A stretch of DNA of 64,000 nt from a virus. Made by a program: the position numbers and the translations under genes. The DNA is taken from positions 32,001-96,000 of IMG/VR virus record IMGVR_UViG_3300047560_000604, one strand, 5' to 3'. Position 1 is the first letter of the stretch. The number at the start of each line of letters is the position of its first letter. The notes under the pieces were generated by a model. It was given only the letters and a program-made list of their open reading frames with translations. It had not been told where the DNA came from and made no database searches. Below are positions 53,773 to 63,936 of the stretch, one piece after another.

Positions 53773-56622
53773 ATGTCCCAGCAATTTATTGATTTTGGTA
53801 CTTTCCCTAATGATCCATCAGCGGATCCTATTAGAGCAGCGTTCCAGAAAATTCAAGATAACTTTAACGAGTTGTATAGCACTACGCTAGTATCCGGTGT
53901 AAGTAACGTTTACGTAGGTCCCGGTCTAGCACAGAATGATAACAGCGGTAACATCTTTATTACTGCGAACATCCCATATATCAAAATGCAAACCGCTAAT
54001 GGTTTGACAGTGGATCAAGGGTCATATAGTCCAACTAGCAACACTGCAAACGTTAGCGCAGCCGCAACACCTTTTGTTGTCGGTTTGTCTAATGCAATTT
54101 CGGCTAATAACGCTAACTTTTCCGGAAACGTAAGAATTGGTAGCTTGATTGCAACTAACGTAGGCTCTGGACTAACACCCAACGCTAACGTATCATACGA
54201 TCTGGGCACCCCATCTAGTCGTTGGAGAGATTTATACTTAAGCGGAAGTACGTTAGCGTTAGGTCCTCAAACAATCAGCGCAAACAGTGCTGGTGTTATT
54301 ATTTCTAACTTAATTGTATCTACAAACATTTCAGTGGGTAATGTTACTTTAACAGGTACATTGACGACTGCTAATATTTCTGCATCCGGTGTTGCTGCTG
54401 TCACTGGTACTGCAACAGTAGGTAATTTAACTACAGGTGGAAACATTGATGCTACTGGTTTGTTGAGTGTGGGTAGTAATGCATCTGTTGGCGGTAAACT
54501 AACAGTTACTGCCAATGCTAACGTAACAGGTAACGTAAACGTCACTGGTAACATTCGTTCTTCTGCTACTATATATGGTGAAATATCTGCTGGTAATATC
54601 GCAGCATCAGGTGATATAACTGGTACAGGTAACATTACTATTGGCGGAACTGCTACCATCACAGGAAATATTAGTGGTGCAAACTTACGTGCAGTAGGCG
54701 CAGCAAATATTACAGGTAACGCAAATGTAGGAGCTCATTTGACTGTTGTAGCAAATGCTACAGTCGGTGGATTGAGTGTCACATCGTATGTAAACACTGA
54801 CTTGTTACCGTATGGTAACGAGACCCAAGATTTAGGATCCCCAACACATAGATGGCGAGATTTGTTCCTAAGTGGCAATTCGTTGAAATTGGGAACCTCT
54901 ACTATCACATCTACTGGTGATGGTGGTATCGCAATTGACAGCGCAACAATCACCGGTAACTTAGACGTAGGGAATGTCACTGCTACGTATGTTCAAGGAA
55001 CATTGACTTCTTCTTCACAGCCAAATATCACTTCAGTGGGTATTTTAAGTAATCTTTCAGTTTCAGGGGATCTAAGTACAGGTAACATCTCGGTTGTAGG
55101 TGATTTAACTGCTGCAACTATGAATGTCACTGGCTCATTCAGTGCAACAACTATTACTGGTAACGTTGTAGTTCCCCCGGGTGGTGTAGTAGCTGCTCCA
55201 GGAAACACAACCCAACTATTATTCAATGATGACGGTAACACTGCTGCGGTTGCCGGCATGACATTTGATAAAGTTTCTAATCTATTAACTATTACAGGTA
55301 ACGTATCAGGTGGTAATATCGTAACATCAGGCGCAGTAGCGGCTGGTACAGGTGATATCACTACATTAAACTCTACAACTATCACTGCATCAGGTAATGT
55401 AACTGGTGCTAACTTGATTACTGCTGGTATCTTATCTGCATCAGGTAACGTATCAGGTGGCAACTTATCTACTAGTGGATTCTTGCAAGTAACCGGTAAT
55501 GCAAGTATGGGCAACATTACTGCTGTTAATTCTATTACCGGTAACGTTGTTTCTATCGCAGGCAATATTAGCGGTGCAAACCTAGTAGCAAGTGGAATAC
55601 TAAAAGTAGATGGTAATGCTAACGTTGGCAATTTGACAACGAACGAAGTAATCTCTGTAAGTGTAACATCAAGCGGAAACGTATCGGGTGGTAATTTAAC
55701 TACTGGTGGATTGATCTCAGCTACAGGTACTGTAACTGGTGGCAATTTAGTAACCAGCGGTGTATTGACAGCTACTGGAAACATTACAGGTGGTAACATT
55801 ACAACTGGCGGCGTGTTAAATGTAACTGGTAATGGTACATTTGGTAACGTATCAGGCGGAACATTCACTGCTACATTGTTTAGTGGTAATGGTTCTAGCA
55901 TCACTGGATTGAATATCTTAAATGCTAGTACAGTCGTGGCAGTTACAAGTGTAGCAGGTACTGGTTCTGTAGCAACATTAGGATTTAGTACACGCACTTT
56001 TGCACCATACTCAATTGGACAATCTATCACGATAGCAGGTGTCACACCTACTGGTTATAACGTAACTGCAACTGTAATAACATGTTCTGCATCAACTGTG
56101 ACATTCTCATGTACTGCAACTGGGTCTACTGGATTCGTTTCAGGTGTAGGTACTATTACTGGTGGAGCAAAGGCATCAGCGGCATTGCAAAGTGATACTG
56201 TAATATCAAGTAGTCAACCGAATATCACGAGTGTTGGTACGTTAACTGGACTAACATTGTCAGGTGGATTCACTGGTACTGATGTTACTTCAACTGGCTT
56301 CTTCTTAGCAAGTGTAGGTACTGGTGTCTCGGCAGCGGGTACTAATCAAGCCGGAGCGACACTATTGACTAAGCAGGTAAACGTGATTTCAACTGTTGCA
56401 ACAGGTATCAATGATGGTATTAAGTTACCGGCCCCAACAATTGGTATGCAACTTATCATTGTTAACACAACTGCATTCCCAGTGAAGATTTACCCTTCAA
56501 CTGGTGGAAATATTGATAGCTTGGCTACTAATGGATCATTCTCATTGGGTGCAGGCGCAAGATTGATGATTGTTGCTGCTACTGTAACTCAGTGGTACAC
56601 AATGGTCGGAGTTTATGGATAA
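53773..56622 (+). CDS. Long repetitive tail-fibre/baseplate appendage protein
   Basis: N-terminal NDPSADPIRAAFQKIQDNFNELY; many GN(V/I)(S/T)GGN(L/I) repeats; duplicated YDLG.P..RWRDL.LSG module. Confidence 0.75.
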   Translation: MSQQFIDFGTFPNDPSADPIRAAFQKIQDNFNELYSTTLVSGVSNVYVGPGLAQNDNSGNIFITANIPYIKMQTANGLTVDQGSYSPTSNTANVSAAATPFVVGLSNAISANNANFSGNVRIGSLIATNVGSGLTPNANVSYDLGTPSSRWRDLYLSGSTLALGPQTISANSAGVIISNLIVSTNISVGNVTLTGTLTTANISASGVAAVTGTATVGNLTTGGNIDATGLLSVGSNASVGGKLTVTANANVTGNVNVTGNIRSSATIYGEISAGNIAASGDITGTGNITIGGTATITGNISGANLRAVGAANITGNANVGAHLTVVANATVGGLSVTSYVNTDLLPYGNETQDLGSPTHRWRDLFLSGNSLKLGTSTITSTGDGGIAIDSATITGNLDVGNVTATYVQGTLTSSSQPNITSVGILSNLSVSGDLSTGNISVVGDLTAATMNVTGSFSATTITGNVVVPPGGVVAAPGNTTQLLFNDDGNTAAVAGMTFDKVSNLLTITGNVSGGNIVTSGAVAAGTGDITTLNSTTITASGNVTGANLITAGILSASGNVSGGNLSTSGFLQVTGNASMGNITAVNSITGNVVSIAGNISGANLVASGILKVDGNANVGNLTTNEVISVSVTSSGNVSGGNLTTGGLISATGTVTGGNLVTSGVLTATGNITGGNITTGGVLNVTGNGTFGNVSGGTFTATLFSGNGSSITGLNILNASTVVAVTSVAGTGSVATLGFSTRTFAPYSIGQSITIAGVTPTGYNVTATVITCSASTVTFSCTATGSTGFVSGVGTITGGAKASAALQSDTVISSSQPNITSVGTLTGLTLSGGFTGTDVTSTGFFLASVGTGVSAAGTNQAGATLLTKQVNVISTVATGINDGIKLPAPTIGMQLIIVNTTAFPVKIYPSTGGNIDSLATNGSFSLGAGARLMIVAATVTQWYTMVGVYG

Positions 56623-56632
56623 AGGAAATTAA

Positions 56633-57256
56633 ATGATAACAGTAGATATTTTACAACAACTATGCCCTAAGACAAAACGTAGTGTCTTAGAACTATACGC
56701 AGTTCCATTACATGAGGTAGCTGAGTATTATGACATGTACGATAATATGCATCGTGCAGCAGCTTTCATAGCGCAAACAGCACATGAGTCGGGTGGCTTT
56801 CAATTCGTGAAAGAGAACTTAAACTACAGTGCTAAAGGGTTAATGGGGACCTTTAAAAAATATTTCCCCACAGAGGATCTTGCTAAACAATATGAAAGAA
56901 AGCCTGAAAAAATTGCTAATCGTGTTTATGCTAATCGTATGGGGAATGGAAGCGAGGAGTCTGGTGATGGATATCGTTTCTGTGGTCGCGGGCTTATCCA
57001 ATTAACCGGTAAGAACAACTATACTAAATTTGCAGAAGACTTGGGAATATCAGTGGAAGAAACAGTAGCTTACTTAGAAACACCCGCTGGAGCAGTTAGC
57101 TCTGCCGGTTGGTTCTGGGATAATAACAATTTGAATCAATACTGTGACAAAGATGATTTTGTTACATTGACAAAAAGAATCAACGGCGGTACGATTGGTT
57201 TAGAAGATAGACAACATCATTATCACTTAGCATTAGACTTATTGCAAGGTCATTAA
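56633..57256 (+). CDS. Glycoside hydrolase family 19 endolysin
   Basis: AAFIAQTAHESGGF, ENLNYS, GDGYRFCGRGLIQLTGKNNY, TKRINGG. Confidence 0.9.
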   Translation: MITVDILQQLCPKTKRSVLELYAVPLHEVAEYYDMYDNMHRAAAFIAQTAHESGGFQFVKENLNYSAKGLMGTFKKYFPTEDLAKQYERKPEKIANRVYANRMGNGSEESGDGYRFCGRGLIQLTGKNNYTKFAEDLGISVEETVAYLETPAGAVSSAGWFWDNNNLNQYCDKDDFVTLTKRINGGTIGLEDRQHHYHLALDLLQGH

Positions 57257-57257
57257 T

Positions 57258-59432
57258 ATGTCACAACCAAATTGGATCACGCCAGCTGGCTCGTTGGGAT
57301 TATTCCCATCTGGACTAGCATTTAATGTCTCGTTCTTAGCACAGCCAGTTTCTCCTGCAGCTACGGTAAACTACTTATTATTGAATGGTACTTTACCTGT
57401 GGGTATGGACAGTGATCCTGTTAAGTTTTCTAATTTGGGTGTATTGTCGGGTACTCCCCAAAACGTAGCAGTAGAAACAATTCATACGTTTACAATCCGT
57501 GCTGTGGATAACATGGGTGGAATCAAAGATAGAACATTCTCAATAAAAATATTTGGTTCTGAGTGGGTTCACATCGAAACACAACCAGGCGAAATCTTAA
57601 ACATCATAGATAGTCAATATGTTGATTATACAATTAACGTAGCTAACCCTGTTATAGGTACTGATTATAGAGTAACACTAAGTTCAGGCATTCTCCCACC
57701 GGGATTATTCATGGATACAACTGGTAGAATTACAGGATATCCTGAGCCACCTATATTGTTAAACGGGTCGCCAACTACAAAGACATATGAGTTTAGTGTG
57801 CAACTGACTAGTCACTTAGGTATAGATAATAAAATATACTCTATCACAGTGAGAAACTTTAGTTTAAATCACCCACCAAACACAAGAGTACCTGCAATTA
57901 TTAACAACACACCGGTAGTACAGCCATTGGATCCTGAGGATCCATACTACGGATACTATTTACCAGAAGACAATATTATCCCTACAGTTCGTTCAGGTGA
58001 ATACTTCTCGTTCAAAGTCATTGGGTATGATTTTGATAGAAATAGAATAACGTATCAGTACAGTAAACTACCAACCGGCTTGACTGGAGATCCAAACACG
58101 GGATGGATTACGGGAACCCCTATTCTTCCTCCTGATAGTATTGCTAAATTTGATATAGCAGTGACAGTATCAAAGGCTATGAATACTAGTATCGTTAGCA
58201 GCCCTGAAGTATTTCAAATGACAATCACAAACGGTATAACCGAAGACATTGTTTGGAATACAGTCGCTAATTTAGGCACAGTAAATAACGGATCGATAAG
58301 TGAATTGTTCGTTAAAGCGACTTCTGCACAGACTATTGAATACAGATTATTAGATGGAGCTTTGCCACCTAACTTAGAACTACTATCTAATGGACAGATT
58401 GTAGGTAGAATTCCTAACCAACCAGACGTGAATGGTTTGTTGAAAGAAGGAACATCATCAACTTACACTTTTACTATTAGAGCATATAATCCTATATACC
58501 CGGTGGTAAGTAATGATAGAACGTTTACATTAACAATCTATCAAAAATACAAAGTACCTACAGAAAATCTGTACTTCAAAGCTACACCTAATGTTAAGGG
58601 AAGAACTATAATTCAATCTTTGCTCACTGATGATACATTGATACCTACTGAGTATCTATACAGAGCAGAAGATCCTTACTTCGGTAAAGCAACAGATGTT
58701 AGATATGTACATATCTATGGTATGGAACCTTATAACTTGTCAACGTACATCGAAGCGGTTGGTACTAGTCATTACAACCGAAAAGTTGTATTGGGTGAAA
58801 TTAAAACTGCTGTAGCAAGAGATAGTAATGGCAACATCTTGTATGAAGTAGTATATGCTGACATAGTAGACGATTTGATAAATGCAAACGGAGTCTCAAT
58901 TCCGCAGGAAATTATTTGGCCAAGAAGAATCCCATTAGACTTGGGTCCTTACTTTGTAACCAATAATCAACTCTTTGTATCATCGGGTACTATATATGAT
59001 AGTTTCACTGGTGGATTTGTTAGAAACTTAAATCCAGCTAGTACTACAAACATGCGTACTGAATTAACCGATAGACTTGTTCAAAATCAAAGTCAAGACA
59101 TACTACCATTATGGATGACAAGTCAGCAAATAAACGGTAACACATTGGGTTACGTACAAGCGTGGGTCATTGCATATACATTGCCAGGATACGCTGAGAC
59201 TATTAAAGACAACATTAACAATAACTGGGAGTATACTTTAAATCTAATAGATTTTTCTATAGACAGATTCAACGTAGACCGTAGCGGTACGTTTGACTAT
59301 AACACGAATCTCTATTCTGGTGCATGGACTAACTTACCTAGTGCAACCCCCACACCAGACCCGATGGATCAATACGACATTCCTGTACTGTTCCCTAGAA
59401 AAACTATTTTACCTAAGACAGTAGACTACTAA
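57258..59432 (+). CDS. Baseplate/structural protein with Ig-like (He_PIG-type) repeats
   Basis: Repeated G.LP.GL.(L/M)…G.I.G.P units. Confidence 0.7.
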   Translation: MSQPNWITPAGSLGLFPSGLAFNVSFLAQPVSPAATVNYLLLNGTLPVGMDSDPVKFSNLGVLSGTPQNVAVETIHTFTIRAVDNMGGIKDRTFSIKIFGSEWVHIETQPGEILNIIDSQYVDYTINVANPVIGTDYRVTLSSGILPPGLFMDTTGRITGYPEPPILLNGSPTTKTYEFSVQLTSHLGIDNKIYSITVRNFSLNHPPNTRVPAIINNTPVVQPLDPEDPYYGYYLPEDNIIPTVRSGEYFSFKVIGYDFDRNRITYQYSKLPTGLTGDPNTGWITGTPILPPDSIAKFDIAVTVSKAMNTSIVSSPEVFQMTITNGITEDIVWNTVANLGTVNNGSISELFVKATSAQTIEYRLLDGALPPNLELLSNGQIVGRIPNQPDVNGLLKEGTSSTYTFTIRAYNPIYPVVSNDRTFTLTIYQKYKVPTENLYFKATPNVKGRTIIQSLLTDDTLIPTEYLYRAEDPYFGKATDVRYVHIYGMEPYNLSTYIEAVGTSHYNRKVVLGEIKTAVARDSNGNILYEVVYADIVDDLINANGVSIPQEIIWPRRIPLDLGPYFVTNNQLFVSSGTIYDSFTGGFVRNLNPASTTNMRTELTDRLVQNQSQDILPLWMTSQQINGNTLGYVQAWVIAYTLPGYAETIKDNINNNWEYTLNLIDFSIDRFNVDRSGTFDYNTNLYSGAWTNLPSATPTPDPMDQYDIPVLFPRKTILPKTVDY

Positions 59433-59452
59433 ATATATAACGGAATAACATT

Positions 59453-60256
59453 ATGAGCAACATAAACACAAACGCAATCGACACGACTTACCCTACTCCA
59501 GGTGTGAACAATAGCACACAGGGATTTAGAGACAATTTTACTAGTATTAAGCAAAATTTAAATGCTGCTGGTACTGAAATTTCAGATATCCAAAGCAAAG
59601 CAATAGTTAAGTCAGCATTGACCGGCACGTCACTTAACAATGATATGGCTAACACTTTGCTTAGTAATGCAGCGATACAAGGATTTCGTGCCAAGACGTA
59701 CAATTTAGGATCAAACTTAGCTGAGACTGTATTAGTAAACGTAAGCAAGGCTGATGTTCAATATGGTACTATTACTCAGAATACGGCTATTACTTTTGCT
59801 GCTTGGCCACCTAGTGGAACTCAAGCTAATGTTCAATTGATTTTGACTGTGGCAAATTCATCTGCTTATATTACATTCCCTACAACAACTGTTAACTCAA
59901 GCGGTAACATTGTAACTGGTATGAACCCTAGTGCTAGATTATTAGAAAACTATTCTAGCAACGGAGCCATTGTTGCTGATACTACCTACACTAATATGGT
60001 TAGTATTCCTAGCGGCGTCACGGAACTTCACTATAATTTCTCTACTATTGATTGCGGTGCAACTCTAGACGTAGAACCTACAAATAGAAACCAAAAAGCT
60101 GACCAAATTACTACTAGAACACCTACACGTACTGGCTTGCGCGGCGACATGCCCGGACATGTGTGTGCAGATGGTAGCTATATGTATGTTTGTGTGGGCA
60201 CATATGATGGTACGACTACTATTTGGGGTAAAGTGGCATTAACCGCTGTCAGTTAA
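59453..60256 (+). CDS. Putative virion structural protein
   Basis: YPTPGVNNSTQGFRDNF start; T/S/N-rich. Confidence 0.65.
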   Translation: MSNINTNAIDTTYPTPGVNNSTQGFRDNFTSIKQNLNAAGTEISDIQSKAIVKSALTGTSLNNDMANTLLSNAAIQGFRAKTYNLGSNLAETVLVNVSKADVQYGTITQNTAITFAAWPPSGTQANVQLILTVANSSAYITFPTTTVNSSGNIVTGMNPSARLLENYSSNGAIVADTTYTNMVSIPSGVTELHYNFSTIDCGATLDVEPTNRNQKADQITTRTPTRTGLRGDMPGHVCADGSYMYVCVGTYDGTTTIWGKVALTAVS

Positions 60257-60290
60257 TTTTTCACTACGTTCAGATACATTAAATATCTGA

Positions 60291-60524
60291 ATGCAACATC
60301 CTTTCATCACAGACCTAAGCGACAAGTCTATGGAAGACTTGGTAACCATAATGGGTGACTTAACCAAAAAACTTAATTTTGCATATAGAATGCAAAATTC
60401 TGCCATGGTTGGTCAACTGCATATGATTATGGAAAGTTACAAGAACGAGTACAACAAACGCATGGACGCTCTCTATAAGAAACAAAATCTAAACAACAGT
60501 ATTAACATACAGGATAACAAATGA
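60291..60524 (+). CDS. Hypothetical protein
   Basis: 77-aa helical ORF. Confidence 0.7.
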   Translation: MQHPFITDLSDKSMEDLVTIMGDLTKKLNFAYRMQNSAMVGQLHMIMESYKNEYNKRMDALYKKQNLNNSINIQDNK

Positions 60525-61126
60525 CAGCAAGAATTAGTAGAAATTTTGAATTTATGGCTGGAGTAACATTCGATAACGAGTTCTATATGAACAGTTATGA
60601 TGTAACAACTACATTTACAGTAGAAACAGATTCAATCGAGGAACAAAACATTGCCCTTGAACGAATCAAATACTTATTGAACGAAGCACTAGAGCATTCT
60701 GTATTCTTACGTGACACTGATACTGAGGGTTTTGATAGGTTTACTGATGCAGGCATTAAAGTATGTACATTACCCGAAGATCCTTATGACCAAATCATCG
60801 GTATCATGTTGTTAGTAAAGATGAATGCTATATCTGAAGGTAGATTAGTAGCTAGTGATATCGAGATTACTTCACGCATGAGTGATGGTGTATATTGTAT
60901 GCACTCTATCGAAGAAAATATCGGCCCATTCAACAACAAGGGATGGTGGAACGATACTACTCCTAAAATCAATTCTATCGCACCAAAGTCTAGGGGTAAA
61001 AAGGTTGTTAAGCTAACCAAAACACCAAGTGCTTGGGATGAGTTGTCATTGGGTTGGGTTACTAAACCGATCGAACGCATAACAAATGAAGTTGTGTTTG
61101 CTAGTTTTGACAAATTGGACAAATAA
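60521..61126 (+). CDS. Hypothetical protein
   Basis: 201-aa ORF, ATGA-coupled. Confidence 0.7.
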   Translation: MTARISRNFEFMAGVTFDNEFYMNSYDVTTTFTVETDSIEEQNIALERIKYLLNEALEHSVFLRDTDTEGFDRFTDAGIKVCTLPEDPYDQIIGIMLLVKMNAISEGRLVASDIEITSRMSDGVYCMHSIEENIGPFNNKGWWNDTTPKINSIAPKSRGKKVVKLTKTPSAWDELSLGWVTKPIERITNEVVFASFDKLDK

Positions 61127-61129
61127 GTG

Positions 61130-61158
61130 TTGCATTACATCTGATGTTGTGTTATCAT
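61130..61158 (+). promoter_or_regulatory. sigma70-like promoter
   Basis: TTGCAT-17 nt-TATCAT. Confidence 0.45.
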
Positions 61159-61164
61159 TGATAG

Positions 61165-61674
61165 ATGCAAACTGATATTTACGGCAGACAGATTTTAAAT
61201 GAAGATGATTTGTGCAACCTTTTCTTACAAGACCCTACACGAATCATCAAACGTGCCTACGTAGACAAACAAATCAACTTTAATGATGCAATCGTTAACG
61301 TTGACAACGTTCCCAAACTTGAAGTGTACCAAGAACTGGATCTAACACTTGACCAATTCGATAAACATCAGCAGAACAAATGGTTAATGCCCACTGAGTA
61401 CGCTGAATTGGATATTGCCAAATACTTACTAGACTTGTGTACTACGGATCACGAATTACAGCGTGTGGGTGAAGAATTGTTATTGTTTCAAGAACGAGAC
61501 ATGTTCCCATTACTCTGTTACTGTAAGTACTTAGTTGATACAATGCGTACTAACAAGGTAATCTGGGGAGTAGGTAGAGGCTCTAGTGTGTCTAGTTACG
61601 TTCTATACCTGATTGGAGTACACCGTATAAATAGTTTGCATTATGACTTGTCAATAGACGAGTTTCTAAAATAG
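61165..61674 (+). CDS. dnaE: DnaE-like fragment (helix plus GRGS motif)
   Basis: RVGEEL…Y…LVD…WGVGRGSSVSSYVLYLIGVHRIN…YDL…FL: the DnaE segment that immediately precedes PDxDxDF. Confidence 0.72.
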   Translation: MQTDIYGRQILNEDDLCNLFLQDPTRIIKRAYVDKQINFNDAIVNVDNVPKLEVYQELDLTLDQFDKHQQNKWLMPTEYAELDIAKYLLDLCTTDHELQRVGEELLLFQERDMFPLLCYCKYLVDTMRTNKVIWGVGRGSSVSSYVLYLIGVHRINSLHYDLSIDEFLK

Positions 61675-61683
61675 GAGAAAAAA

Positions 61684-61998
61684 ATGGCAATACAAAGAAC
61701 TGCACAGGGAAAAATGGTAGATATGTCACAATTGGCTGCACGTAACGAAAAGGTTAGAGCAGTGGGTAACATGAACGTTAACGCTAGAGGTGACGTAGTT
61801 GATAGTCATAACAAAGTTATCACGGATAACACTAAACGAGTAAAGCCTAGCTATCAAAACGTAGTCAGTAAACCAGCAACTCAACAAGCCCCGGCGCCAG
61901 TGAAGCCAACACAACCAACAATTCAACCAGACGAACCCGTTGAATTGACCAAAGAAGAACAAGAACTTTTTGATGATGACGAGGATATTGTCAAGTGA
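61684..61998 (+). CDS. Hypothetical protein
   Basis: RTAQGKMVDM…GNMNVNARGD; AGGAG RBS. Confidence 0.7.
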   Translation: MAIQRTAQGKMVDMSQLAARNEKVRAVGNMNVNARGDVVDSHNKVITDNTKRVKPSYQNVVSKPATQQAPAPVKPTQPTIQPDEPVELTKEEQELFDDDEDIVK

Positions 61999-62375
61999 TT
62001 GAAGAAAAGAAACTATCTTTTGAACCTCACAGGTTCAACAAAGACCAATTCAAAGCAATTGGAGACCATGTTATCGTGTGTGATATGGATTTCGAAGAAC
62101 GTATTACTCACAGTGGTATCGTATTGCCAAATGACGATATGAAGTCGGCAGGTATTCGCCCACGATGGGCAAGAATCTATGCTGTTGGGCCTGACCAGAA
62201 AGACCCTGAACTAGTTGTAGGCAAGTGGATTTGGATTAGTCATGGTCGTTGGACTCGCGGTGTTAATATTGAAGATGAAGAGGGTAAAAAGACCATACGC
62301 AGAGTAGATAATAATGATATACTACTTGCATCAGATGAACCTGTACACGATATGACATGGAGTGATAAGATATAA
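61995..62375 (+). CDS. groES: Co-chaperonin GroES-like
   Basis: KAIGDHVIV, mobile loop THSGIVLP, IYAVGP. Confidence 0.75.
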   Translation: MIEEKKLSFEPHRFNKDQFKAIGDHVIVCDMDFEERITHSGIVLPNDDMKSAGIRPRWARIYAVGPDQKDPELVVGKWIWISHGRWTRGVNIEDEEGKKTIRRVDNNDILLASDEPVHDMTWSDKI

Positions 62376-62734
62376 TGAAATGGTTTTTCAAGTGGTTGCG
62401 TAATGGCATCAATACAGTTGATAAAGAGGATAGAGAAGCTGAACAAAGAGCAGTCGAAACTATCACAATGCCCAAGATTAATATTGGATTAAAGACATAT
62501 AAAAATAGAAACGCTATTGCAGGTGCGACAGCATCAAGCGATGGGCACATCCATTTAAGTCAATCACCTATGAACTTTAGAATCTACCCAGCAACGGGTG
62601 GACATATCGTTGAGTATAGCTATTACAACGAACGTAAAGATACAAATGACCAAGCACTACATTTAATACCCAGTGATCTTGACTTAGGCACAGAACTTGC
62701 TAAAATTATGACTTTAGAGGCATTGAAACGATGA
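62375..62734 (+). CDS. Hypothetical protein
   Basis: 119-aa ORF. Confidence 0.7.
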   Translation: MKWFFKWLRNGINTVDKEDREAEQRAVETITMPKINIGLKTYKNRNAIAGATASSDGHIHLSQSPMNFRIYPATGGHIVEYSYYNERKDTNDQALHLIPSDLDLGTELAKIMTLEALKR

Positions 62735-63654
62735 GAAATAATTTATGGGTTGAAAAATATCGCCCGAACTCAACATCTGATTATGTATTTGTTGACGACA
62801 GACAAAAGCAACAGGTAGAAGGCTGGATTCAGTCTGGAACTATCCCTCACTTGTTGTTATCAGGTGATGCAGGCACAGGTAAGACTACTTTAGCTAAAGT
62901 TCTCATCCATGAACTTGGTATTGAAGAATACGATGTTATGGAAATCAACGCAAGTCGTGAGGGGCGCATTGAAGATGTGCGTGAGAAAATTAATGGCTTT
63001 GTATCAACGATGCCATTCGGTAAGTTCAAAGTCTTATTGTTAGACGAAGCCGACTATCTATCACGTGATGCACAGGCTGCGTTGCGTAATGATATGGAAG
63101 CATACGCTGATACAGTTCGTTATATTCTAACATGTAACTATATTCACAAGATTATTCCAGCGTTGAAGTCTCGTTGTCACGAATTTCACATTGCTAAGCC
63201 AGACGTGAATGATTTCTTGATTCGAGTAGCCACTGTATTATCAACAGAAGGGATCGAAGCAGACCCAGATACATTAGATAGCTATGTTCGTGCTACGTAT
63301 CCTGACTTGCGTAAGTGTTTGAATCAAGTTCAAGTAAATAGTAGTACAGGTAAATTGTTACCACCTGTCAGTCAGGGCAACGGTGAAGAAGAATTATTAA
63401 TCGAAGCCGCAACTTTGTTCAAACAAGGTAAGATTACTGAAGGTCGTCAGCAGTTACTACAATTCTTGGGACTATATCCAACACGCATTGAAGAAGTGTA
63501 TCGTTGGATGTATAACAACTTAGATTTGTGGGGCAAAGACAATGAACGCAAGGATGCAGCAATCATTATTATTCGTAATGGTCTAGCAAACTTGAGTCTT
63601 GTTGGAATCCCAGAGATTTGCCTAGCGGCAACTATCATTGAATTAACAGGATAA
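62731..63654 (+). CDS. gp44: Clamp-loader large subunit (gp44/RFC-like)
   Basis: LWVEKYRP, GDAGTGKT, INAS, LLDEAD, ALKSRC. Confidence 0.92.
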   Translation: MRNNLWVEKYRPNSTSDYVFVDDRQKQQVEGWIQSGTIPHLLLSGDAGTGKTTLAKVLIHELGIEEYDVMEINASREGRIEDVREKINGFVSTMPFGKFKVLLLDEADYLSRDAQAALRNDMEAYADTVRYILTCNYIHKIIPALKSRCHEFHIAKPDVNDFLIRVATVLSTEGIEADPDTLDSYVRATYPDLRKCLNQVQVNSSTGKLLPPVSQGNGEEELLIEAATLFKQGKITEGRQQLLQFLGLYPTRIEEVYRWMYNNLDLWGKDNERKDAAIIIIRNGLANLSLVGIPEICLAATIIELTG

Positions 63655-63657
63655 AAT

Positions 63658-63912
63658 ATGAGATACTTACTAATTACGTACTTACGTAAACCAAACGGAC
63701 AAATTGATGAACAAGTGGAACTTTCACGCAATGTAAAGCCTAAAGACCATCAAGTTTGCAACGCCATCTTAGACTTTAAGGATAAAAAGGTTCTTAAGTG
63801 TGTGATTGAAGGTAAAGCAATGGAGACAGACTGGGATCAGTTGTCTGGTTATTACAAACAAGTCTATCCATCAGTGATAGAAAGACTAGAAAAAGAAGCT
63901 AGTGAAGAATGA
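63658..63912 (+). CDS. Hypothetical protein
   Basis: 84-aa ORF. Confidence 0.7.
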   Translation: MRYLLITYLRKPNGQIDEQVELSRNVKPKDHQVCNAILDFKDKKVLKCVIEGKAMETDWDQLSGYYKQVYPSVIERLEKEASEE

Positions 63913-63936
63913 AAAAGGGGCGTTAAGCCCCTTTTC
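63913..63936. terminator. Bidirectional terminator
   Basis: AAAAGGGGC-GTTAA-GCCCCTTTT between convergent genes. Confidence 0.8.

Noticed and set aside
54015-56045. Long minus-strand ORFs (for example 350 aa at 54993-56045) and other antisense ORFs in the track
   Set aside because: Shadow frames of G/T/N/A/V-rich repetitive sense genes; no RBS, promoter or recognisable motifs.
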